DNA of 64,000 nt from Octopus sinensis (Eukaryota), in assembly GCF_006345805.1 (NCBI RefSeq), contig NC_043002.1:75082001-75146000 (forward strand), in the 5' to 3' direction. Position numbers and translations under genes: made by a program. The notes under the pieces are model-generated. The model saw nothing but the letters and a program-made list of their open reading frames with translations. It was not told where the DNA came from and ran no database searches. Each line of letters starts with the position of its first letter. The stretch's first letter is position 1. Below are positions 24,260 to 37,529 of this stretch, in pieces.

Positions 24260-25332
24260 AACTAGTATTTCTTTATCAGTCCTGAAAATATGAAAGGCAA
24301 AGCAGCCCCCAGTGAACTTGGGATCTAATTATTCAGCTACATCTAGTCTTTTCGACTTTGTCTTTCATTCTTTTGGGGTCAATAAATTAAGTAACACTTG
24401 CGTATTGGGGTCGATCTAATCGACTGGCCTCCTCCCCAAAAATTTCAGGCCTTGTAAAAGAATGGAAACGAATGATTTTGGTGAACTAGGCACAGATCCA
24501 CTTTTTGTAGTGGTGTTGGTGTATAGTCAATTGAATTGCTTCTAGTGTATTCAGTTGGTATATTTATTATTGGTGATATTACTTATTTTATTCATTGTTG
24601 GGTAATGAATAAGAGAGGTAACCTAGAATATAGAAGGATCAAAATAAATAGTGTGTTCTTAAATGGCTTGCAAACTTCCTCAATGCTGCAATTGTTTTTG
24701 TTTCAGCACACGATCTCAGATGAAGTCACTTGCTTTGCAAGTACATCTCCGTAATAAAATAAATACCATAATTCATGAATAGGTGTGTGAAGCAGTGACA
24801 GAAAGAATACCAACATAAGACCAGTTCAAATATGTTTGAGAGTTATTTGTAAAGGCTTTTTAATGCAGTTTGTTGTGTTAAAACACCATCTTCAACTCAG
24901 AGTGCCCTCTATTGGACTGATGCATGCATTTCATACTTGTTAGTTTTCTTCAGTAGTAGATACCAAGGAAGGCAATTTTGAGCTGGCTAGAAAGCTTTAT
25001 TTTATTTATTGTACATGTGACACACTGACATACACTGCTGTATACTGACCTTTGACCCATTACATTTGCCACTGATCCTAGTCATACTAACCTCTCGTTG
25101 CATCATTTCTTGCATACACTACTTACATACTACTGCTATGCTGGACCACATTACATAGATAGTTTTCACTGGCACCATTCTGTGTCTGTAACCTGCTGCA
25201 GTTAAGAACATAACTATTACTCATTGTAGTTACATTGACACTTCACCTCCCACAAGTGTATCATATTTCATTGACACTGGATCATGTGTCACTAAATAGC
25301 CTCAACACTATATTGACCCGACTAGGTTTTAA

Positions 25333-25391
<59 letters not shown>

Positions 25392-25592
25392 TATATATAA
25401 TGTGTGTGTGTGTGTGTGTGTAAATATAACTTCAGTCAATATTTCACTATAAACTTGATCCTGCATCATTATCACATTTTCCAATTAATGACTCTGTAAC
25501 CTTAATTTATAATGCTCTTCTATCCTGATATCTGTGATATTTTGTTTTTTTTACCATCATCATCATTATTATTGTTGTTGTTGTTATATAAT

Positions 25593-25793
25593 GGTGGTGA
25601 GCTCATCAGACAAAATGTTAAGCACTATTTCTTCCAGCTTTATGCTCTAAGTTCAAATGCCACTGAGGTCATCTTTGCTTTCATCCTTTTGGGGCCAATA
25701 AAATAAAGTACCAGTCAAAAACTAGGGTCCATTTAATCAACTAAATCCTTACCCTTAAAATTGCTGTTTTTGTACCAAAATTAGAAAGAATTA
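25593..25793 (+). mobile_element. SINE family B copy
   Basis: ggtggtgagc...ctaagttcaaatgccactgaggtc...tttcatccttttgggg...aaagtaccag... Confidence 0.75.
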
Positions 25794-25797
25794 TTAA

Positions 25798-26018
25798 CCC
25801 TTTCATTACTGTATTTGAGACGCTCCTTGTTTCTTTCAATTATTTTAAATATAATAGGCGTAGGAGTGGCTGTGCAGTAATTAGCTTGCTTATGAACCAC
25901 ATGGTTCCGGGTTCAGTCCCACTGCATGGCACTTTGGGCAAGTATATTCTACTATAGCCTTGGGCCAACCAAAGCTTTGTGAGTGGATTTGGTAGATGGA
26001 AACTGAAAGAAGCCTGTC

Positions 26019-26055
<37 letters not shown>

Positions 26056-26423
26056 AGTATATGTTTGTATGTCTGTGTTTGTCCCCTCAACATCACTTGA
26101 TAACCAATGCTGGTGTGTTTACATCCCCGTAACTTAGCGGTTTGGCAAAAAAGACTGATAGAATAAGTACTAGGCTTACAAAGAATAAGTCCTGGGGTCA
26201 ATTTGCTCGACTAAAGGTGGTGCTCCAGCATGGCCACAGTCAAATGACTGAAACGAGTAAAAGAGTATAATAAAGAATTTAGTAAAATAATTTAGTTATC
26301 ATTAAGTTAGTGTTAGGAACATAAATTGTTACTATGGTTTGGTGGAAGGTTTTAATTCTAAACTTCTGAAAACAAGACATTTGTACTACAGAGCCAGTTT
26401 CAGCTGGGTTTGTATCAAAAGAG
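25798..26423. mobile_element. piggyBac-type MITE (TTAA target) interrupted by a SINE A
   Basis: TTAA 25794-25797 then CCCTTTCATTAC; segments 25798-25856 and 26273-26423 are the reverse complement of 46788-47008. Confidence 0.85.
25857..26265 (+). mobile_element. SINE family A, full-length young copy with TSD
   Basis: A-box-like tggctgtgcagtaa, B-box-like ggttcagtccc (25910-25920); 7-bp TSD TATAATA at 25850-25856 and 26266-26272. Confidence 0.92.
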
Positions 26424-26427
26424 TTTA

Positions 26428-27870
26428 GGTGGCAAGCTGGCAGAATTATTAGTATGATGGACAAAATAATTGATGACATTTTGTCTATCTCTATGTTCTG
26501 AGTTCAAATTCCACCAACACTGGCTTTATCTTTTATCCTTTTGGAGTCAAAAAAGTAAATATCTGTTGAGCACTTAGGTCAATGCAGTTGACCTTTCAAG
26601 AAATTTCATGCCTTCTGCCTATAGTAGAAAGGATTATTTGTATTAAAATGGTGAGCTGGCAGAATCGTAAGCATGCCAGACAAAATGTTCAGCAGCATTT
26701 CATCCATCTTTACATTCTGAGGTAAAATTCTGCTGAGGTTGGTTTTACTTTTCTTTTTTTTTGCGGGGTTGATAAAATAAGTACCAGTTAAGTAATTAAC
26801 TAGCTCCCTCCTTAAAGTTGCTGGTCTTGTGTCAAAATTGGAAGCCATTTTTGTTGTTGTTAAGGTGGTAAACTGGCAAAATTGTTAGAGGGTTGGGAAA
26901 ATGCTTTGCAGCATTTGCTCTGATTCCTCACATTCTGAGTTCAAATCCTATTAAGATCAACTTTACTTTTCATTGTTTCAGGGTTGATAAAATAAAGTAC
27001 CAGATCCCTCTCTCAAATTTCAGGCCTAGTGCCTATATTAGAAATATATTATTATTGAGCCAGTGAGCTGGTGGAATCCTAGACAAAATGCTTAGCAGCA
27101 TTTCTTCTGGTTTTATGTTCTGAGTTCAAATTCCACCTTGGTTGACTCTGTCTTTCATCTTCACAGTGTTGATAAAATATGCACCAGTTGAGCACTGGGG
27201 TCAGTGTAACTGATTAACATCTTCCTCCATAATTTCAGGCCTTGTGCTTATAGTAGAAAGAATTATTATTATTACTATTATTATTATTATTATTATTGTC
27301 ATCAAGGCAGCCAGCTAGCAGAAATGTGAGCATGCTGGATGAAACACTTAGCAGTATTCTGCTCGTTGCTACATTCTGAGTTCAAATTCTGCCAAGGTTG
27401 ACTTTGCCTTTCATCGTTTCAGGGTTGATATTTAAGTACCAGTGAAACGGGGGGGGGGGGGGTCAATGTAATCGACTAGTCCCCTCTCCCCAAATTTCAG
27501 GGCCTTGTGTCTTCAGTAGAAATATTGTTATTATTATTATATGCAAAGGTGGCAAATTAGCAGAATCCTTACCTCGCTGTGTAGTAAACTGGCAGAATTG
27601 TTACCATGCTGGTTGGTGAGTTGGCAGAATTGTTACCATGCTGGTTGGTGAGTTGGCAGAATCATTACTATACTGGGCAAAATGCTTAGCGGCATTTCAT
27701 TCGACTTTACATTCTGAGATCAAATTCTACTGAGGTCAGCTGTGCCTTTCATCCTTCCAAGGTGAATAAAATAAGAACCAGTTGAGCACTGGAGTTGATG
27801 TAATTGACTTACCCCATCCACCAAAATTGATGGCCTTGTGACAAAATTTGAAACCATTATTATTATTGTT
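26428..27870 (+). mobile_element. Head-to-tail run of six SINE family B copies
   Basis: Heads ggN(g)gYRagctggcagaa near 26428, 26648, 26863, 27060, 27306 and 27548; most units contain ttctgagttcaaat...ctttca...gataaaa..agtaccag and end in (att)n/(gtt)n. Confidence 0.85.
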
Positions 27871-28991
27871 CTGAAATTGACCCGAGTTTCAGTGTTGTCA
27901 TCTCCCTCTCTGGCTTCAGCTCAAATTTAATCCCAGATTACCACACACCCCTTCCATCCAATCATAATTGTAATGTCCTTTCACTGAGTCACTTCCTGTT
28001 ATGCTGTCATATAACCAACCCATAATTCTCCCAAGTCACCGCTGTCGCCACCCCCCGCTGTCTTTGTGTTATTGACTTTCAGCATGTATTAAAACAGCTT
28101 CCATTTACCTCATTCTTTCCTTCACTTTTTATATTTATATTACGTATTTATCAACAAATAGTCTCTCCAATTCCCCCCCTGGCCACCCACCCACTACTAC
28201 CCCCACCAAGCCCCCTTTTGCATCTGCTCTCCACTTCAACTCCACCCCTACCCTTACCGGACATTTCTAATTCCAAGCATAAATAGGCATCTTTCTCATG
28301 CCGTCCTGTTAGCTTTTGTATAAATCTATGTAAACATCGATAAATATCTTCTGTATGTTCTTGTTTGGCTTTACTTCAATGTAAAAAGCACACAAGGTTT
28401 TGTGGAAATAATAAAAACTGGGCTAAATATATGGAAATATAATCATAGATTGCATAGCTGTTGTGTGTCAGTTTTATTTGGGAGGTTGTTTGCTGTCTTT
28501 GTAAACATTTGTACAACTGTCAAATGAAAATCTTCTCTTGTAAATATATTCGTTCAATAAAGTCAAAGTCCTAAAACTCTATCATATTAAGGGGTGGGTG
28601 GGTTTTGAAAGCTATAAATATCTGCTTGCATCATGTTGGATTAAGATATTTTAGTACGTGTAAATTTTTCACATTGTGTGCCATACACCTTCTCCCCTTC
28701 ATGCAGTCATTATGCTTGTTACTAATAATTAAGGTTAAAAATAAAATAATAATGGTGTAAAATAAAAATATTCAAAAAGTAAGAAGGGATTCTGTGTAAT
28801 TTACCTTTGATGCTTTCAATCTACTATATATATATATATTTCCAAATAAATTGCACTTCATATTGTCCATTGAAGCTATGAAGTGTTACACAGGTACTCA
28901 ACTATGAGTCCACTGTATCTTATAGCAGAAACAGTTGGAGGTTAAGGAAGTTCATAAGATAATCACTTGTTCCTTTGTTATCTCTCCTTCT

Positions 28992-29024
<33 letters not shown>

Positions 29025-29030
<6 letters not shown>

Positions 29031-29196
29031 GCACCCAGCACCCTCTGTAAAGTGGTTTGCATTAGGAAAGGCATCCAGCCATAGAAAATACACCAAATCA
29101 GACTGGAGCCTGTTGCAGCTCTCCGGCTTGCCAGCTTTGGTCACACTGTCCAACCCATGAAAGCATGAACAATGGATGTTAAATGATGATGATGAT
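29025..29196 (+). mobile_element. Short RTE 3'-end element (extreme 5'-truncated LINE or partner SINE)
   Basis: gtaaaagcaccc...ttaggaaaggcatccagccatagaaaa...ccaacccatgaaagcatg...gttaaatgatgatgatgat; reverse complement of 8692-8880. Confidence 0.85.
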
Positions 29197-29624
29197 TATA
29201 TATTTATATGTTGCTTAGGCATAGCAATAGTAATCACCAGGTATTAGAACTCAATATACATATGCTTCAGAATAAAGCATTAGTTGGGTACAGAGCCTAA
29301 TATGAACTTAAATAAATGACATGGGAACATGTCATAATGGACTTCATAAACTTACAGCTGTTTCTGCTATAAGATGCAGTGCACTCAGAGCTGAGTGCAT
29401 GTGCATCACCTTGCAGCTTCTTTGGAACTTCTAAAATGAAGTTTATTTGAGAAAGTGTTTGCATTAAGATTTACGTTCCCAAATAAAATTGCTCTGAGGA
29501 TGCTGTAAGGTGATACACAAGAACTCAGCTTTGAGTGCAAAGCTTCTTACAGCAGAAATGGCTGTGAGATAATGAAGTTCATTGAATAATCTCCTGTTTA
29601 CTCATCATTTATTTAATTTTATTT

Positions 29625-29663
<39 letters not shown>

Positions 29664-30454
29664 CACACACACACACATATGTATATACACACACACATAT
29701 TTATATACATATATATATCTACAGACAACGCACACACATATGTACACATATTCAAGCTTTTTTATGTATTTTTATCATTTGATTATTGAACAAGTAAGGC
29801 TATTTTAACCAGCCTGTCAACATTGTTGACATAACTATTGATGACCGTCTCTCTCTGTCTGTCTAACCAAGCATCAATCAGGTGGTGTTGAGGATTAATA
29901 ATCTTACAAAATAACTAGTTTCTCTGTTTGCTTTGTGTTTTTTTCAGTGTGTCTGTTTTTTTCTTTTTTTTTCTTTATTACATGCTGACACCAGTATTAG
30001 TCTTTTATTACTCAGCACTACATAAAGTACTTTAGTTTTGGCTAGCAATTATTTGATGAAAAATATAACGAAATAGACTGTGCAATTACATTGATGATAA
30101 TCACTATAATATTCTGCTCACCTCATTTTGAATATCTTTTTTTCTTTTGTGTTTGTTTGTATGTGTGTGATGGGGTGAAGGATGGTGGCATTTGGTTCAG
30201 ATATATTTCACTGTGTCTTTGTTGCTGCATTGCTGATGAAAATTTGTAATGTTGAATGTTACGCCTGTAGAAAGATGAAAGGCTTATAATGCCAACCTGT
30301 TAAATGTGTCCTCTAGTTCAATTTCTGCTTTCTCATCTTGTCTGTTATCATGTAATTCGTTTTACTAATGGTGCATGTTGAGTTATGAAGATCTGTAAAG
30401 GTATGAGATAAAACCTCCCTCACCTAAAATTCATTTTGACGCTCATCCTCATTC

Positions 30455-30650
30455 AATGTCCACTTTTTTATGCTTCTTATGGGAGATTTTCTACAGATAG
30501 ATCTCCTCACCTGTTTCCAGTCAAGGTATTATTTCTCCATGGCCAGACAAGTTTTTAATGGCAGACTGGTGAGATTGGAAACAAGCGACATTGTTTGTAT
30601 GATGGTGATGTTTGTTTACAACCATTGCATGATGTCTAGACAAGGATACA
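30455..30650 (-). mobile_element. SINE A' 3' portion
   Basis: tccactttttatgctt...ttttctacagatagatctcctcacctgtttcc...aggtattatttctcc. Confidence 0.6.
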
Positions 30651-30651
30651 C

Positions 30652-30975
30652 TGAGACTCTGTTGGTTATGATGATGAGTATTCCAGTTATTCAGTATTCA
30701 GTAGAGCAGCCTGCTTGTGAAGTCAACATACAAGTGGCTGAGTACTCCTCAGACATGTATACCCTTAATGTAGTTCTCAGGGAGATTCAGCATGACAAAG
30801 AATGTGACACGGATGGCTCTTTGAAATACAAGTACTACTCATTTTTGCCAGCTCAGTGGACTGGAGCAACGTAAAATAAAGTGTGTAGCCCAAGGATACA
30901 GCTCGCTGCAGGATATTGAACTTACTACCTTATGATTGTGAGCTAAATACCCTAATCACTAAACCATGAGCCTTC
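30652..30975 (-). mobile_element. SINE family C
   Basis: caagtggctgagtactcc...gccagctcagtggactggagcaacgtaaaataaagtg...ccctaatcactaaacc; homologous to 37530-37835 and to the head of 53084-53378. Confidence 0.8.
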
Positions 30976-30999
30976 ATTGACAAGGGCACACACACACAT

Positions 31000-31157
31000 G
31001 ACTGGCTTCTTCAAGTTTCTGTTGACTAAATCCATTCACAAAGCTTTGGTTGGCTGGAGGCAATAGTAAAAAACGTTTTTTCAAGGTGTCAAGTTGTGGA
31101 ACTGAACCATAAAGTGAGGAAGCAAGTTTCTTAACCATACAGCCTCACCCGTGCCTA
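31000..31157 (-). mobile_element. SINE family A 5' fragment
   Basis: aaatccattcacaaagctttggttggc...aagcaagtttcttaaccatacagcc. Confidence 0.7.
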
Positions 31158-31745
31158 TAAATATAAAAAAAATGGCAGGCACTATGGCATATTAGGTGTG
31201 GAAGTACTCTCTCTCAATTTTACTAAACTTACTAGATATGAATAAATAGGTTTCTAAGCACTTAAAAGAAGAAATTGAATCTTTATTTGAGATGTTTCAA
31301 TTTGGAATTTCTTATTTTTGCTTCATATTATCTGCAGTGGGGTTTCTACATAGTCAGTAATAGAATTTGTAGTGCTTTTGGTTGATACAATTACATTAAG
31401 ATGTAGCAGTTTGTCTCCAACACATGACACAGTAAATAATCATTTGACTCCTTGGTAAACATTCCTAAATAGACTTTTTTCTATCTGTCTTCCTAACATA
31501 CACAGTAAGTGCTTTCCTCTGCATCTTCCATTGTTAGTTATATCTGTGATTACTTTTGTTTCTCACTTAACTTTTGACTTTACCTCACCTCCAAGCTAAA
31601 TTGATTGCTGCATATTCCATTGTTATCTTTTCATTTCTGCAAAATCACTCAAGCAAACCCTACATGTGAGAAATTGTTGTTTTCTTTTTCTCTCAGAGAA
31701 ACATTGTGTGGAAATTTAGACAATCTGTTTTCTTACACCATGTAT

Positions 31746-32069
31746 CTTTTACTGCTTACTTGTTTCTGTCATTGAACTGCGGCCATTCTGGGGCATTGCC
31801 TTGAAGGGTTAGTTGAACAAATTGACCCTCAGTATTTATTTATTTATTTTGAAGTCAGTTCTTATTCTCTAAGTCTCTTTTGCTGAATTTTTAAGTTATG
31901 TGGCATAAACAAATCAACACTGGTTATCAAAGGTGAGGTGGGTACACAAATACAAAGACACATGTATATACATATATAGCCAGCCTGGACTTATAGTAGT
32001 AGAAGATACTTGCCCAGAATGCCTTGCAGTAGGACTGAACCTGAGACCATGTGGTTGCAAAGTGATCTT
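31746..32069 (-). mobile_element. SINE family A degenerate copy
   Basis: cttacttgtttctgtcattgaactgcggccattctggggc...agaagatacttgcccag...ggactgaacc. Confidence 0.7.
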
Positions 32070-32356
32070 AAGGCAAAGATTCAAATATTTGACTCTTTAC
32101 ATTGTTTGTCTGTTTCTCTGTCTGTCAGTTTTCACTCATTAGGAAAATGGTGCTACTATGTTCCTGGTCATCTTATATAATACTCCTAACCTTCATCTAG
32201 CCCTTGGAAAATAAATAACATTAATTTGCTTGTGCCTTTCTCACTGAATGCTTTGTAAATCATCTAACTCTTTCATCAATGTCCTCTGAAAAACAGCGAC
32301 AACAACCATGATATGATGCCAGTCATTAGTTTAAGTTATGTCTATAAATCCAGTGC

Positions 32357-32721
32357 TTTATCACCTCTGCCTTAGTGAAGGTGAAGGTATTGTTTTCAGT
32401 TGTGTTTGTTTGTCTGTAGACAAGATATCTTGAGAACCACTGGATGGATTCAGATGAAACTTTCAGGGATGTTTGGCTTCATGATTGGCACAAACTGATT
32501 AGATTTTGGGATCAATCCAGTACTGGACAAGAATTCTGGATTATTTTTCTGTTTTTTTTTTTTTACTTAATTTTTGAGAGCTGTTGGGTTCATTTTTAGT
32601 ATTCTTGTTTGTGAGATCAGTTGAGTTTATTTCAGATATTCTCATTTAAAAAATCATCTCTGGCTAATCATTGAGAGGATGTTGCCTTGGCGGAGGTTTG
32701 CATTGTCTGAGTGCTCTTGTT
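32357..32721 (+). mobile_element. Helentron-associated non-autonomous element (HINE/DINE-1-like architecture)
   Basis: 5' subTIR acctctgcc (32363-32371), gtttgtttgtctgt tract, 3' subTIR ggcggaggt (32689-32697), then short stem-loop gcattgtctgagtgc (32700-32714) and T-rich end. Confidence 0.7.
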
Positions 32722-35417
32722 ATTAGTTATTATTAGATAATTTGGTGATTCCATTGAACCTGTCTCTCTCTTTATAGTCACTGAACAGAACATTATTGTT
32801 TCATAGAAAGTGTAATGTAGCAACATACACTTATTCATGAAGTCAAAGAGAAACCTGAATATCTTGTCTTAAATACTATGATTACTGTGCTGTACAGAGG
32901 GTTAGAATTTAGGGTACTTCTTTGCTGGCTTTCTGATATAAGGGCTGCAGGAATTCAATGTAAATCTAATATAAGGGTATAAATGGATGAATCCATAGAA
33001 GTAGTGATATAATCTTAACATCAACTGCTGCCTAGGTTTAAATCTTTACATTACTATTTTTGAAAGTATTTCCTTACTTTTCCCACTTTTTCTCTGCATA
33101 ATCTACATAACATCCTTCTGTTCTCCTGGTTCTCCATTGTGTCATCATTGCACTTGATGGAATTGAACCACACTCATTCTGAAAGTCCTCTTGATGAAAA
33201 AGAGAGAGAGAGAGAGAGAGGGGAGATGGTGGTGGTGCCAGGATTTAGACTGCTAACCAATTTTAATCTGCATATCTTAGGTACTGCACTTTTTAGTTAC
33301 TTCTTAGGATTCACTTGGCTGCTTCTGTACCTTTTGTGCTTGTAAACCTAAGACTTACATGGGGTCACTTGGCAAGAACAAGACCTGATTTTTTTAAAGG
33401 CTATTTTTGATCTTGCTTGCTAATATTTGAATCTATGTTTAAGGTAGTTTCTCAATTATTGCCAGTAGATATATCTCTTAAATACATGGTAGAGAGGGCT
33501 CTTTAGCATTGCATAAGACAGTGCAACCCTTATTGACAATGTATCCTGTAAAATTCTGTCAGTTAGTTTGCAAATGAGTGGAGGCAACAGAAGGTAGAGA
33601 GGACTCTAGTACTAGTGCTATGATAAAATTCCTTTTATACACTCTGTAAAGTAGTTGGCATTAAGAAGGACATATAGCTGTAAAGTCCATACCAAAATGA
33701 AATATACAAGCACAACATGGTCCTTAACCTATTTAGATGGCTTGTACTCTAAATATGAGCTGACATCACCTCTGATGACCTATCCATTCTTCACTACTGT
33801 GGAAAGCTGAACTAAAACTACGACGATGATTGGAGAGGGTACATGGTTGACCATTTCAGATATCAGACACCAATAATGTGATTGCATGGTTGTGTCTTGT
33901 GGTACTACATAATCTCTTTAGTTAAGATGCACTTTGAGCTTCTATTAGTATCTCTATGAAACAATGGATAAAGGGGATTAGCATTTGCTCTTTAATTTTT
34001 GTTTTTAATTTAATTTCTCTTTTTAACTAGTTTGAGACCTAATGGCAAAGCTGAAACCTATAATGTCTCCATTCATTGAATATTTCTTGATAATATTTGG
34101 AACGTGTTTTCTGATAAACCATAGTCGTGATCACAATGAAAGGATGGCTATATTTAGCTTACATTGTAAACTGATAATTACCATGATGGTGGTAGCTGCA
34201 GCTAATAATGATGGTGAAATATGTATATTAAAGTGAAACTGAATTTAAGTAATTAAAAGTGGAGGAAAACATTTCTGTTGTCTCCAAGCTTTAATATCTG
34301 ATAAAGCATCTCGTCTAGCAATGTAAAAGAGAATGTAAATGGTTTTTCTTTTCTCCTTAGCACTGATTAAAAATAGTCACTCCTTTAATTTATTTATGTG
34401 TTGGCTAAAATGAAACTAATTATAAAGTTAACAATTTAATTTCGTATTTATCAACTGGGAAAGGAAAACAAAAGTAGGGGGCGGGGGTGTTATAGAAATA
34501 AAATTAGATTGTCCAACAAGTATAGATTTATTATTATTATTATTGACATTATCGTTGCTGTCATCTTTGTTGTTGTTCTTTTTATAACTTATTTTCCAAT
34601 CGACATCAATGATGGCATGTGCTAGTTTGGGACCATAATTAACCATTTATCACACATTCGATAGTTTTTTTTTTTTGTTTCTTGTCTAAAGAGTTTTTGA
34701 TGTCTAAAACATTTTCTCTTTAATAATGACAAACTCCAATTATTGATATTATTGATTTTTTTCCTTTTTTAACAAGTTGTTTTATTATTATTATCACTAC
34801 TGTTTATTGTTATGCTTTATATTTTACTATTTTTGAAGCTATTGAAATTAAAAGCACTAGTTTACTCACATAATAAATAAATAATAAAATATATAAATAA
34901 CAGTATTAATAATTTGTAATGAAATATTAATATCTTTCAAGTGTAATTCCTTTTATATTTTCTCCCCTCTTTTTAAATTTTTGTTTAGATTTAATTCTAT
35001 TCTTTGTAGGAGACATGACATAATAAAAAGATATATAAAAAAAAACCTTGTATTTTTGTTAATAGTAAAATAATTTGTTGATTGTTGCACTGATAAAATA
35101 ATTTATATTTTATTTCTCTGAGATATGAATTATGGTTTCATTTTACAAACATGGCCATAATAATAAACCCATAAGTAAACAAGAAAGCTCAAAACATCAT
35201 TAAAAAAAACGAAAATATGAAAACCTACAACTTCTGTAAAATCAACACTATCACAATAAAGGACAAAACAAATGAAGCATTATGTTGTATTTACTTTGCG
35301 TGAAAACATGACAATGTAATTATGATTATGGTCGTGTCATGACGATGATATGATCTCTGATATTGCTACGATGTCTCAGGCATATACGTGTGTGTGTGTG
35401 TGGTGTGTGTGTGTGAG

Positions 35418-35825
35418 AGCATAGCTGTTTGGTTAAGAGACTTGCTTCCTAACTATGTGGTTTTGGGTTCAGTCCCACTGTGTGGCAACTTGGGCACATG
35501 TCTTCCACTAAAGCCCCAGGCCAACCAAAGCCTTGTGAGTTAATTTACTACATGGAAACTGAAAGTAGCCCATAATATACACAGACACATACACGTGTGT
35601 GTGTATGTGCTCTTGTCATGATGACATGGTTGTAAATGAGCATCGTCATCATACAAGTGATGTTGTCTGTTCCTAGAGCTCCATGAAAGACATGCCCAGC
35701 TGTAGAAAAATATTACCTGGCTTGGATACATATGAGGGTTGGTAAGAGGAAGTGCTTAAAACCTTAGAAAATCTTCTTTGTCAAATTCCATCTGATGCAT
35801 AAAAAAGATGGAGAAGTGCATGTTA
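35418..35825 (+). mobile_element. SINE family A'
   Basis: tagctgtttggttaagaga...gggttcagtcccactgtgtggcaacttgggca...aaagccttgtgag...RTE-like tail. Confidence 0.75.
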
Positions 35826-37529
35826 TTTGGAAAGCATTTAAAGACATAGAAATGTTTACCATAGGAAGATACACACACACACACATAAATAATACATTAT
35901 GGTTTGAGAGTGAGAAGACATTCCCAGGACTGTAGTCTACAACTCTTGAATAGACCAACCAGTTTAGCCTCGTCCACTCCTAGAATTTTTCTGAAAATTC
36001 ATCACATATATCTACCATTAGCACTACTGAAGTAGGATTTTTGTTAACTGCATTTCCTGACTGGAAGAGTGTCACGAGTACCTAGTAACATTCCAGATGG
36101 CAGACCCCCCCCCCATTGTTGTTCTTTTCTTGATCTGGGACTGCAACTTTGTCAAAAAGACAAGCAATGGAAAACTGTGTCTTGCAAACGGAGTTCACAC
36201 TAGCCCACCATCCAGGAATCTCTGCAGGTAGCACAACCTCAGCACCACAAAGTCAGAAGTTTGGAATGGGACAGTTGATTAAACCCTGGCACATGACAGG
36301 TGCTTTATTCTATTGACACTAAAGAAATGCAAGGTAAAATTAACTTCAGCAGAATTTGAACTTAGAATGCGAAGATCCCAATGAGGTGTTATGGGGAATG
36401 TCTCAGACATAAATCCTGCCAAAGTCAACTTTATCTTTCATTCCTCCAGGGATGATAAAAAGCAGTAGAGAAGCACTGAGATTGAAGGTAATATCTCCCT
36501 TCAAAATCACTGGCCTTGTGCCTAAATTTGAAAGAATTGTCTCCAGTAGCATTTGTAGCAATGTGATGATATTAAAGAAATGATAATGGACTAAATGTTT
36601 TGTGGTGTTTGGTAAGGTCGGTCAAGTTTCCTTTGCTGGACATCATTTTGTGATGAAGACAGGTACACATTATGAGCTGGAGTTGATTGAATTAGCTATG
36701 ACTTACTCTCAATTTTGTGTACATATCAGGAATTATCTCTTTCTCTCCATTATTGTAACTTTCTAACCCCCCCCCATATTTGTATTCTTTATACCCACAC
36801 TCTTTTTTTCTTAGCCTTCCCTTCATCTTGCCTCCTCTTCGCTTTTCTCATTAGTAATTCTTTCTTTTTCCTCCTGTGTGACATCTCTTTCACTATCCCT
36901 CTCTCCTCTCTGTTTCTCTCCCCCCTCTCTCTCACACACAGATTTCAGAGTGCATATAATGAAATTTACTGTAATAGGAGATGCTCTTGGGATATAGACC
37001 CTTCATGACTGGTCATTGTGGATGGTTTCAGATCACAAAACAATTTATTTGCTGGATAATGATGATAGCAAAAAGAAAAGATGGCAGGGTGGGGTCTAGT
37101 GATGGTCAGCCAAAGTGGAAAGCACTATTTGTGTGTGTATATGTGTATGCACACATAAACATATTTCATCCCCTTGTGCTGTGTGTGCACACGCACATAT
37201 ATACAAAAGCACTCAAACACACACATTCTGTCTCTCTGCCAGTCTGTCTGTTTCTCTCTCTATCTCTCTCTCTCTCACACACACACACACACGCACAAAC
37301 ATACTCTAATTCACATGCATACAAATACATTATAGTAGTATGTAAAATATTTGAGTTCTGAAATCCTATAATTACCATATGAAAAAATGTCTTTCCTTAT
37401 ACTGTGAAGGAACTGGCTTGTATATATTAAACTAAAGCCATCACTTGTGAGTAAGTTTAACTAAGTGGCTTTTACTAATTGTTTTAGATGCCAATGTAGT
37501 CACAAGCACATTCACATATAATATGTAAA

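Noticed and set aside
27449-27462. G14 run
   Set aside because: Homopolymer expansion of the SINE ctgggg motif, possibly a sequencing artefact; no further structure.
27590-27670. 32-bp direct repeats as a CRISPR array
   Set aside because: Units are contiguous with no spacers and derive from the SINE B head.
30470-30874. 134-aa ORF
   Set aside because: Antisense read across two adjacent SINEs.
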